Assembly (NCBI GenBank): GCA_964016885.1
Contig: OZ024744.1
Coordinates: 134,168,001 to 134,232,000 of the forward strand
Source of the DNA: Eledone cirrhosa
Taxonomy: Eukaryota
Reading direction: 5' to 3'
DNA length: 64,000 nucleotides
A program made the position numbers and the translations under genes. The notes below the pieces were generated by a model. That model saw only the letters and a program-made list of their open reading frames with translations. It had not been told where the DNA came from and ran no database searches. Shown in pieces: positions 1 through 10,179 of the stretch (its first letter is position 1; each line of letters starts with the position of its first letter).

Positions 1-3000
1 AGTTGGGGTTGAGTTAAGTTGGGGTTGAGTTAATTTGGGGTTAAGTTAAGTTGGGGTTAAGTTAAGTTGGGGTTAAATTAAGTTGGGGTTAAGTTAAGTT
101 GGGGGTAAGTTAAGTTGGGGGCAAGTTAAGTTGGGGTTAATTTAAGTTGGGGTTAAATTAAGTTGGGGTTACGTTAAGTTGGTGTTAAGTTAAGTTGGGG
201 TTAATTTAAGTTGGGGTTAATTAAGTTGGGGTTAAGTTAAGTTGGGGTTAAGTTAAGTTGGGGTTAAGTTAAGTTGGGGTTAAGTTAAGTTGGGGTTAAG
301 TTAAGTTGAGGTTAAGTTAAGTTGGGGTTAAATTAAGTTGGGGTTAAGTTAAGTTGGGGTTAAGTTAAGTTGGGGTTAAGTTAAGTTGGGGTTAAGTTAA
401 GTTGGGGTTAAGTTAAGTTGGTGTTAAGTTAAGTTGGGGCTAAGTTAAGTTGGGGCTGAGTTAAGTTGGGGCTGAGTTAAGTTGGGGTTAAGTTAAGTTG
501 GGGTTGAGTTAAGTTGGGGTTAAGTTAAGTTGGGGTCAAGTTAAGTTGGGGTTAAGTTGGGGTTAAGTTAAGTTAGGTTTAAGTTAAGTTGGGGTTAAGT
601 TAAGTTGGGGTTAAGTTAAGTTGGGGTTAAGTTAAGTTGGGGTTAAGTTAATTTGTGGTTAAGTTAAGTTGGGGTTAAGTTAAGTTGGGGTTAAGTTAAG
701 TTGGGGTTAAGTTAAGTCGGGGTTAAGTTAAGTTGGGGTTAAGTTAAGTTGGGGTTAATTTAAGTTGGGGTTAAGTTAAGTTGGGGTTAAGTTAAGTTGG
801 GGTTAAGTTAAGTTGGGGTTAAGTTAAGTTGGGGTTAAGTTAAGTTGAGGTTAAGTTAAGTTGGGGTTAAATTAAGTTGGGGTTAAGTTAAGTTGGGGTT
901 AAGTTAAGTTGGGGTTAAGTTAAGTTAGGGATAAGTTAAGTTGGGGATAATTTAAGTTGGGGTTAAGTTAAGTTGGGTTTAAGTTAAGTTGGGGATAAGT
1001 TAAATTGGGGATAAGTTAAGTTGGGGTTAAGTTAAGTTGGGGTTAAGTTAAGTTGGGGTTAAGTTAAGTTGGGGCTAAGTTAAGTTGGGGCTGAGTTAAG
1101 TTGGGGTTAAGTTAAGTTGGGGTTAAGTTAAGTTGGGGTTAATTTAAGTTGGGGTTTATTTAAGTTGGGGTTACGTTAAATTGGTGTTAAGTTAAGTTGG
1201 GGTTAATTTAAGTTGGGGTTAAGTTAAGTTGGGGTTAAGTTAAGTTGGGGTTAAGTTAAGTTGGGGTTAAGTTAAGTCGGGGTTAAGTTAAGTTGGGGTT
1301 AAGTTAAGTTGGGGTTAATTTAAGTTGGGGTTAAGTTAAGTTGGGGTTAAGTTAAGTTGGGGTTAAATTAAGTTGGGGTTAAGTTAAGTTGGGGTTAAGT
1401 CAAGTTGGGGTTAAGTTAAATTGGGCATAAGTTAAGTTGGGGATAATTTAAGTTGGGGTTAAGTTAAGTTGGGTTTAAGTTAAGTTGGGGTTAAGTTAAG
1501 TTGGGGTTAAGTTAAGTTGGGGTTAAGTTAAGTTGGGGTTAAGTTAAGTTGGGGCTAAGTTAAGTTGGGGCTAAGTTAAGTTGGGGTTAAGTTAAGTTGG
1601 GCTTAATTTAAGTCGGGGTTAAGTTAATTTGTGGTTCAGTTAAGTTGGGGTTAAGTTAAGTTGGGGTTAAGTTAAGTTGGGGTTAAGTTAAGTCGGGGTT
1701 AAGTTAAGTTGGGGTTAAGTTAAGTTGGGGTTAAGTTAATTCGGGGTTAAGTTAAGTTGGGGATAAGTTAAGTTGGGGATAATTTAAGTTGGGTTTAAGT
1801 TAAGTTGGGGTTAAGTTAAGTTGGGGTTAAGTTAAGTTGGGGTTAAGTTAAGTTGGGGTTAATTTAAGTTGGGGCTAAGTTAAGTTGGGACTGAGTTAAG
1901 TTGGGGTTAAGTTAAGTTGGGGTTAAGTTAAGTTGGGGTTAAGTTAAGTTGGAGTTTATTTAAGTTGGGGTTAAGTTAAGTTGGGGTTCAGTTAAGTTGG
2001 GGTTAAGTTAAGTTGGGGTTAAGATGGGGTTAAATTAAGTTGGGGTTAAGTTAAGTCGGGGTTAAGTTAAGTCGGGGTTAAGTTAAGTTAGGGTTCAGTT
2101 AAGTTGGGGTTAAGTTAAGTTGGGGTTGAGTTAAGTTGGGGTTGAGTTAAATTGGGGTTGAGTTAAGTTGGGGTTGAGTTAAGTTGGTTTTGAGTTAAGT
2201 TGGGGTTAAGTTAAGTTGGGGTTAAGTTAAGTTGCAGTTAAGTTAAGTTGAGGTTAAGTTAAGGTGCGGTTAAGTTAAGTTGGGGTTAAGTTAAGTTGGG
2301 GCTAAGTTAAGTTGGGGCTAAGTTAAGTTGGGGCTAAGTTAAGTTGGGGTTAAGTTAAGTCGGGGTTAAGTTAAGTTGGGGTTAAGTTAAGTTGAGGTTA
2401 ATTTAATTTGGGGTTAAGTTAAGTTGGGGTTAAGTTAAGTTGGGGTTAAGTTAAGTTGGGGTTAAGTTAAGTTGGGTTTAAGTTAAGTTGGGGTTAAGTT
2501 AAGTTGGGGTCAAGTTAAGTTGGGGTTAAGTTAAGTTGGGGTTGAGTTAAGTTGGGGTTGAGTTAAATTGGCGTTGAGTTAAGTTGGGGTTGAGTTAAGT
2601 TGGTGTTGAGTTAAGTTGGGGTTAAGTTAAGTTGGGGTTAAGTTAAGTTGCAGTTAAGTTAAGTTGAGGTTAAGTTAAGGTGGGGTTAAGTTAAGTCGGG
2701 GTTAAGTTAAGTTGGGGCTAAGTTAATCTGTGGTTAAGTTAAGTTGGGGTTAAGTTAAGTTGGGGTTAAGTTAAGTTGGGGTTGAGTTAAGTTGGGGTTG
2801 AGTTAATTTGGGGTTAAGTTAAGTTGGGGTTAAGTTAAGTTGGGGTTAAATTAAGTTGGGGTTAAGTTAAGTTGGGGGTAAGTTAAGTTGGGGGCAAGTT
2901 AAGTTGGGGTTAATTTAAGTTGGGGTTAAATTAAGTTGGGGTTACGTTAAGTTGGTGTTAAGTTAAGTTGGGGTTAATTTAAGTTGGGGTTAATTAAGTT

Positions 3001-3990
3001 GGGGTTAAGTTAAGTTGGGGTTAAGTTAAGTTGGGGTTAAGTTAAGTTGGGGTTAAGTTAAGTTGGGGTTAAGTTAAGTTGAGGTTAAGTTAAGTTGGGG
3101 TTAAATTAAGTTGGGGTTAAGTTAAGTTGGGGTTAAGTTAAGTTGGGGTTAAGTTAAGTTGGGGTTAAGTTAAGTTGGGGTTAAGTTAAGTTGGTGTTAA
3201 GTTAAGTTGGGGCTAAGTTAAGTTGGGGCTGAGTTAAGTTGGGGCTGAGTTAAGTTGGGGTTAAGTTAAGTTGGGGTTGAGTTAAGTTGGGGTTAAGTTA
3301 AGTTGGGGTCAAGTTAAGTTGGGGTTAAGTTGGGGTTAAGTTAAGTTAGGTTTAAGTTAAGTTGGGGTTAAGTTAAGTTGGGGTTAAGTTAAGTTGGGGT
3401 TAAGTTAAGTTGGGGTTAAGTTAATTTGTGGTTAAGTTAAGTTGGGGTTAAGTTAAGTTGGGGTTAAGTTAAGTTGGGGTTAAGTTAAGTCGGGGTTAAG
3501 TTAAGTTGGGGTTAAGTTAAGTTGGGGTTAATTTAAGTTGGGGTTAAGTTAAGTTGGGGTTAAGTTAAGTTGGGGTTAAGTTAAGTTGGGGTTAAGTTAA
3601 GTTGGGGTTAAGTTAAGTTGAGGTTAAGTTAAGTTGGGGTTAAATTAAGTTGGGGTTAAGTTAAGTTGGGGTTAAGTTAAGTTGGGGTTAAGTTAAGTTA
3701 GGGATAAGTTAAGTTGGGGATAATTTAAGTTGGGGTTAAGTTAAGTTGGGTTTAAGTTAAGTTGGGGATAAGTTAAGTTGGGGATAAGTTAAGTTGGGGT
3801 TAAGTTAAGTTGGGGTTAAGTTAAGTTGGGGTTAAGTTAAGTTGGGGCTAAGTTAAGTTGGGGCTGAGTTAAGTTGGGGTTAAGTTAAGTTGGGGTTAAG
3901 TTAAGTTGGGGTTAATTTAAGTTGGGGTTTATTTAAGTTGGGGTTACGTTAAATTGGTGTTAAGTTAAGTTGGGGTTAATTTAAGTTGGG
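1..3990 (+). repeat. 2,773-bp higher-order repeat: about 1-1215 recurs at about 2774-3990
   Basis: Rare GGGGGCAAG (C at 122 and 2895) and TTACGTTAAATTGGTG (C at 1174 and 3947) both give offset 2773, with the same variant order between them. Confidence 0.85.
2100..2740 (+). repeat. Diverged cassette of variant monomers (TTGGTTTT, TTGCAG, AAGGTGCGG, AATTGGCG) with an internal 416-bp duplication
   Basis: TTGCAG C at 2235 and 2651 (offset 416 = 26 monomers), each followed by TTGAGG and AAGGTG. The cassette recurs at about 20900, 25450, 32100, 38200, 42750 and 49400. Confidence 0.85.
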
Positions 3991-6659
3991 GTTAATTAAG
4001 TTGGGGTTAAGTTAAGTTGGGGTTAAGTTAAGTTGGGGTTAATTTAAGTTGGGGTTGAGTTAAGTTGGGGTTAAGTTAAGTTGGGGTTATATTAAGTTGG
4101 GGTTAAGTTAAGTTGGGGTTCAGTTAAGTTGGAGATAAGTTAAGTTGGGGTTAAGTTAAGTTGGGGTTAAGTTAAGTTGGGGTTAAGTTAAGTTAGGTTT
4201 AAGTTAAGTTGGGGTTAAGTTAAGTTGGGGTTAAGTTAAGTTGGGGTTAAATTAAGTTGGGGTTAAGTTAAGTTGGGGTTAAGTTAATTTGTGGTTAAGT
4301 TAAGTTGGGGTTAGGTTAAGTTGGGGTTAAGTTAAGTTGGGGTTAAGTTAAGTCGGGGTTAAGTTAAGTTGGGGTTAAGTTAAGTTGGGGTTAATTTAAG
4401 TTGGGGTTAAGTTAAGTTGGGGTCAAGTTAAGTTGGGGTTAAGTTGGGGTTAAGTTAAGTTAGGTTTAAGTTAAGTTGGGGTTAAGTTAAGTTGGGGTTT
4501 AGTTAAGTTGGGGTTAAGTTAAGTTGGGGTTAAGTTAAGTTGGGGTTAAGTTAATTTGTGGTTAAGTTAAGTTGGGGTTAAGTTAAGTTGGGGTTAAGTT
4601 AAGTTGGGGTTAAGTTAAGTCGGGGTTAAGTTAAGTTGGGGTTAAGTTAAGTTGGGGTTAATTTAAGTTGGGGTTAAGTTAAGTTGGGGTTAAGTTAAGT
4701 TGGGGTTAAGTTAAGTTGGGGTTAAGTTAAGTTGGGGTTAAGTTAAGTTGGGGTTAAGTTAAGTTGGGGCTAAGTTAAGTTGGAGCTGAGTTAAGTTGGG
4801 GTTAAGTTAAGTTGGGCTTAATTTAAGTCGGGGTTAAGTTAAGTTAGGGTTCAGTTAAGTTGGGGTTAAGTTAAGTTGGGGTTAAGTTAAGTTGGGGTTA
4901 AGTTAAGTCGGGGTTAAGTTAAGTTGGGGTTAAGTTAAGTTGGGGTTAAGTTAAGTCGGGGTTAAGTTAAGTTGGGGTTAAGTTAAGTTGGGGTTAATTT
5001 AAGTTGGGGTTAAGTTAAGTTGGGGTTAAGTTAAGTTGGGGTTAAGTTAAGATGGGGTTAATTTAAGTTGGGGTTAAGTTAAGTTGAGGTTAAGTTAAGT
5101 TGGGGTTAAATTAAGTTGGGGTTAAGGTAAGTTGGGGTTAAGTCAAGTTGGGGTTAAGTTAAGTTGGGGATAAGTTAAGTTGGGGATAATTTAAGTTGGG
5201 TTTAAGTTAAGTTGTGGTTAAGTTAAGTTGGGGTTAAGTTAAGTTGGGGTTAAGTTAAGTTGGGGTTAATTTAAGTTGGGGCTAAGTTAAGTTGGGACTG
5301 AGTTAAGTTGGGGTTAAGTTAAGTTGGGGTTAAGTTAAGTTGGGGTTAAGTTAAGTTGGAGTTTATTTAAGTTGGGGTTAAGTTAAGTTGGGGTTCAGTT
5401 AAGTTGGGGTTAAGTTAAGTTGGGGTTAAGATGGGGTTAAATTAAGTTGGGGTTAAGTTAAGTTGGGGTTAATTTAAGTTGGGGTTAAGTTAAGTTGGGG
5501 TTAAGTTAAGTCGGGGTTAAGTTAAGTCGGGGTTAAGTTAAGTTAGGGTTCAGTTAAGTTGGGGTTAAGTTAAGTTGGGGTTGAGTTAAGTTGGGATTGA
5601 GTTAAATTGGGGTTGAGTTAAGTTGGGGTTGAGTTAAGTTGGTGTTGAGTTAAGTTGGGGTTAAGTTAAGTTGGGGTTACGTTAATTTGTGGTTAAGTTA
5701 AGTTGGGGTTAAGTTAAGTTGGGGTTAAGTTAAGTTGGGGTTAAGTTAAGTCGGGGTTAAGTTAAGTTGGGGTTGAGTTAAGTTGGGGTTAATTTAAGTT
5801 GGGGTTAAGTTAAGTTGGGGTTAAGTTAAGTTGGGGTTAAGTTAAGTTGGGGTTAAGTTAAGTTGGGGTTAAGTTAAGTTGAGGTTAAGTTAAGTTGGGG
5901 TTAAATTAAGTTGGGGTTAAGTTAAGTTGGGGTTAAGTTAAGTTGGGGTTAAGTTAAGTTGGGGATAAGTTAAGTTGGGGATAATTTAAGTTGGGGTTAA
6001 GTTAAGTTGGGTTTAAGTTAAGTTGGGGTTAAGTTAAGTTCGGGATAAGTTAAGTTGGGGTTAAGTTAAGTTGGGGTTAAGTTAAGTTGGGGTTAAGTTA
6101 AGTTGGGGCTAAGTTAAGTTGGGGCTGAGTTAAGTTGGGGTTAAGTTAAGTTGGGGTTAAGTTAAGTTGGGGTTAATTTAAGTTGGGGTTTATTTAAGTT
6201 GGGGTTACGTTAAGTTGGTGTTAAGTTAAGTTGGGGTTAATTTAAGTTGGGGTTAATTAAGTTGGGGTTAAGTTAAGTTGGGGTTAAGTTAAGTTGGGGT
6301 TAATTTAAGTTGGGGTTGAGTTAAGTTGGGGTTAAGTTAAGTTGGGGTTATATTAAGTTGGGGTTAAGTTAAGTTGGGGTTAAGTTAAGTTGGGGTTAAG
6401 TTAAGTTGGTGTTAAGTTAAGTTGGGGCTAAGTTAAGTTGGGGCTGAGTTAAGTTGGGGCTGAGTTAAGTTGGGGTTAAGTTAAGTTGGGGTCAAGTTAA
6501 GTTGGGGTTAAGTTGGGGTTAAGTTAAGTTAGGTTTAAGTTAAGATGGGGTTAAGTTAAGTTGGGGTTAAGTTAAGTTGGGGTTAAGTTAAGTCGGGGTT
6601 AAGTTAAGTTGGGGTTAAGTTAAGTTGGGGTTAATTTAAGTTGGGGTTAAGTTAAGTTG

Positions 6660-6890
6660 GGGTCAAGTTAAGTTGGGGTTAAGTTGGGGTTAAGTTAATT
6701 TGTGGTTAAGTTAAGTTGGGGTTAAGTTGGGGTTAAGTTAAGTTAGGTTTAAGTTAAGTTGGGGTTAAGTTAAGTTGGGGTTAAGTTAATTTGTGGTTAA
6801 GTTAAGTTGGGGTTAAGTTGGGGTTAAGTTAAGTTAGGTTTAAGTTAAGTTGGGGTCAAGTTAAGTTGGGGTTAAGTTAAGTTAGGTTTA
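6660..6890 (+). repeat. 91-bp micro-duplication rich in 11-bp monomers (TTTGTGG / 11-mer / TTAGGT)
   Basis: TTTGTGG with GTGG at 6702 and 6793 (offset 91 = 5x16+11). The same cluster is seen near 15780, 54060, 60620 and 61790. Confidence 0.75.
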
Positions 6891-7719
6891 AGTTAAGTTG
6901 GGGTTAAGTTAAGTTGGGGTTAAGTTAAGTTGGGGTTAAGTTAAGTTGGGGTTAAGTTAATTTGTGGTTAAGTTAAGTTGGGGTTAAGTTAAGTTGGGGT
7001 TAAGTTAAGTTGGGGTTAAGTTAAGTCGGGGTTAAGTTAAGTTGGGGTTAAGTTAAGTTGGGGTTAATTTAAGTTGGGGTTAAGTTAAGTTGGGGTTAAG
7101 TTAAGTTGGGGTTAAATTAAGTTGGGGTTAAGTTAAGTTGGGGTTAAGTCAAGTTGGGGTTAAGTTAAGTTGGGGATAAGTTAAGTTGGGGATAATTTAA
7201 GTTGGGGTTAAGTTAAGTTGGGTTTAAGTTAAGTTGGGGTTAAGTTAAGTTGGGGTTAAGTTAAGTTGGGGTTAAGTTAAGTTGGGGTTAAGTTAAGTCG
7301 GGGTTAAGTTAAGTTGGGGTTAAGTTAAGTTGGGGTTAAGTTAAGTCGGGGTTAAGTTAAGTTGGGGTTAAGTTAAGTTGGGGTTAATTTAAGTTGGGGT
7401 TAAGTTAAGTTGGGGTTAAGTTAAGTTGGGGTTAAGTTAAGATGGGGTTAATTTAAGTTGGGGTTAAGTTAAGTTGAGGTTAAGTTAAGTTGGGGTTAAA
7501 TTAAGTTGGGGTTAAGTTAAGTTGGGGTTAAGTCAAGTTGGGGTTAAGTTAAGTTGGGGATAAGTTAAGTTGGGGATAATTTAAGTTGGGTTTAAGTTAA
7601 GTTGGGGTTAAGTTAAGTTGGGGTTAAGTTAAGTTGGGGTTAATTTAAGTTGGGGCTAAGTTAAGTTGGGACTGAGTTAAGTTGGGGTTAAGTTAAGTTG
7701 GGGTTAAGTTAAGTTGGGG

Positions 7720-10060
7720 TTAAGTTAAGTTGGAGTTTATTTAAGTTGGGGTTAAGTTAAGTTGGGCTTCAGTTAAGTTGGGGTTAAGTTAAGTTGGGGT
7801 TAAGATGGGGTTAAATTAAGTTGGGGTTAAGTTAAGTTGGGGTTAATTTAAGTTGGGGTTAAGTTAAGTAGGGGTTAAGTTAAGTCGGGGTTAAGTTAAG
7901 TCGGGGTTAAGTTAAGTTAGGGTTCAGTTAAGTTGGGGTTAAGTTAAGTTGGGGTTGAGTTAAGTTGGGGTTGAGTTAAATTGGGGTTGAGTTAAGTTGG
8001 GGTTAAGTTAAGTTGGGGTTAAGTTAATTTGTGGTTAAGTTAAGTTGGGGTTAAGTTAAGTTGGGGTTAAGTTAAGTTGGGGGTAAGTTAAGTCGGGGTT
8101 AAGTTAAGTTGGGGTTGAGTTAAGTTGGGGTTAATTTAAGTTGGGGTTAAGTTAAGTTGGGGTTAAGTTAAGTTGGGGTTAAGTTAAGTTGGGGTTAAGT
8201 TAAGTTGGGGTTAAGTTAAGTTGAGGTTAAGTTAAGTTGGGGTTAAATTAAGTTGGGGTTAAGTTAAGTTGGAGTTAAGTTAAGTTGGGGTTAAGTTAAG
8301 TTGGGGATAAGTTAAGTTGGGGATAATTTAAGTTGGGGTTAAGTTAAGTTGGGTTTAAGTTAAGTTGGGGTTAAGTTAAGTTGGGGATAAGTTAAGTTGG
8401 GGTTAAGTTAAGTTGGGGTTAAGTTAAGTTGGGGTTAAGTTAAGTTGGGGTTAATTTAAGTTGGGGTTTATTTAAGTTGGGGTTACGTTAAGTTGGTGTT
8501 AAGTTAAGTTGGGGTTAATTTAAGTTGGGGTTAATTAAGTTGGGGTTAAGTTAAGTTGGGGTTAAGTTAAGTTGGGGTTAAGTTAAGTTGGGGTTAAGTT
8601 AAGTTGGGGTTAATTTAAGTTGGGGTTAAGTTAAGTTGGGGTTAATTTAAGTTGAGGTTAAGTTAAGTTGTGGTTTAAATTAAGTTGGGGTTAAGTTAAG
8701 TTGGGGTTAAGTTAAGTTGGGGTTAAGTTAAGTTGGGGATAAGTTAAGTTGGGGATAATTTAAGTTGGGGTTAAGTTAAGTTGGGGTTAAATTAAGTTGG
8801 GGTTAAGTTAAGTTGGGGTTAAGTTAAGTTGGGGTTAAGTTAAGTTGGGGTTAAGTTAAGTTGGGGTTAAGTTAAGTTGGGGTTAAGTTAAGTTGGAGTT
8901 TATTTAAGTTGGGGTTAAGTTAAGTTGGGGTTCAGTTAAGTTGGGGTTAAGTTAAGTTGGGGTTAAGATGGGGTTAAATTAAGTTGGGGTTAAGTTAAGT
9001 TGGGGTTAATTTAAGTTGGGGTTAAGTTAAGTTGGGGTTAAGTTAAGTCGGGGTTAAGTTAAGTCGGGGTTAAGTTAAGTTAGGGTTCAGTTAAGTTGGG
9101 GTTAAGTTAAGTTGGGGTTGAGTTAAGTTGGGGTTGAGTTAAATTGGGGTTGAGTTAAGTTGGGGTTGAGTTAAGTTGGTGTTGAGTTAAGTTGGGGTTA
9201 AGTTAAGTTGGGGTTAAGTTAATTTGTGGTTAAGTTAAGTTGGGGTTAAGTTAAGTTGGGGTTAAGTTAAGTTGGGGGTAAGTTAAGTCGGGGTTAAGTT
9301 AAGTTGGGGTTGAGTTAAGTTGGGGTTAATTTAAGTTGGGGTTAAGTTAAGTTGGGGTTAAGTTAAGTTGGGGTTAAGTTAAGTTGGGGTTAAGTTAAGT
9401 TGGGGTTAAGTTAAGTTGAGGTTAAGTTAAGTTGGGGTTAAATTAAGTTGGGGTTAAGTTAAGTTGGAGTTAAGTTAAGTTGGGGTTAAGTTAAGTTGGG
9501 GATAAGTTAAGTTGGGGATAATTTAAGTTGGGGTTAAGTTAAGTTGGGTTTAAGTTAAGTTGGGGTTAAGTTAAGTTGGGGATAAGTTAAGTTGGGGTTA
9601 AGTTAAGTTGGGGTTAAGTTAAGTTGGGGTTAAGTTAAGTTGGGGCTAAGTTAAGTTGGGGCTGAGTTAAGTTGGGGTTAAGTTAAGTTGGGGTTAAGTT
9701 AAGTTGGGGTTAATTTAAGTTGGGGTTTATTTAAGTTGGGGTTACGTTAAGTTGGTGTTAAGTTAAGTTGGGGTTAATTTAAGTTGGGGTTAATTAAGTT
9801 GGGGTTAAGTTAAGTTGGGGTTAAGTTAAGTTGGGGTTAAGTTAAGTTGGGGTTAAGTTAAGTTGGGGTTAATTTAAGTTGGGGTTAAGTTAAGTTGGGG
9901 TTAAGTTAAGTTGAGGTTAAGTTAAGTTGGGGTTAAATTAAGTTGGGGTTAAGTTAAGTTGGGGTTAAGTTAAGTTGGGGTTAAGTTAAGTTGGGGATAA
10001 GTTAAGTTGGGGATAATTTAAGTTGGGGTTAAGTTAAGTTGGGGTTAAATTAAGTTGGGG
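7720..10060 (+). repeat. About 1.2-kb tandem duplication
   Basis: GGAGTTTATT A at 7734 and 8897 (offset 1163); GGAGTTAAG A at 8273 and 9468 (offset 1195); GGGGGTAAGTTAAGTCGGGG present in both copies. Confidence 0.75.
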
Positions 10061-10179
10061 TTAAGTTAAGTTGGGGTTAAGTTAAGTTGGGGTTAAGTTA
10101 AGTTGGGGATAAGTTAAGTTGGGGATAATTTAAGTTGGGGTTAAGTTAAGTTGGGTTTAAGTTAAGTTGGGGTTAAGTT

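Noticed and set aside
570-2100. Canonical telomere motifs TTAGG (in TTAGGTTT) and TTAGGG (in TTAGGGTTCAG and TTAGGGATA)
   Set aside because: These are isolated single occurrences produced by G>A at the first G of GGGG, never in tandem. They are not a canonical telomere tract.
4085-4140. TATA-like or promoter-like motifs (TTATATT here; GGGTATAAG near 10810)
   Set aside because: They are simple substitutions of the monomer, with no downstream transcription unit to support a regulatory role.
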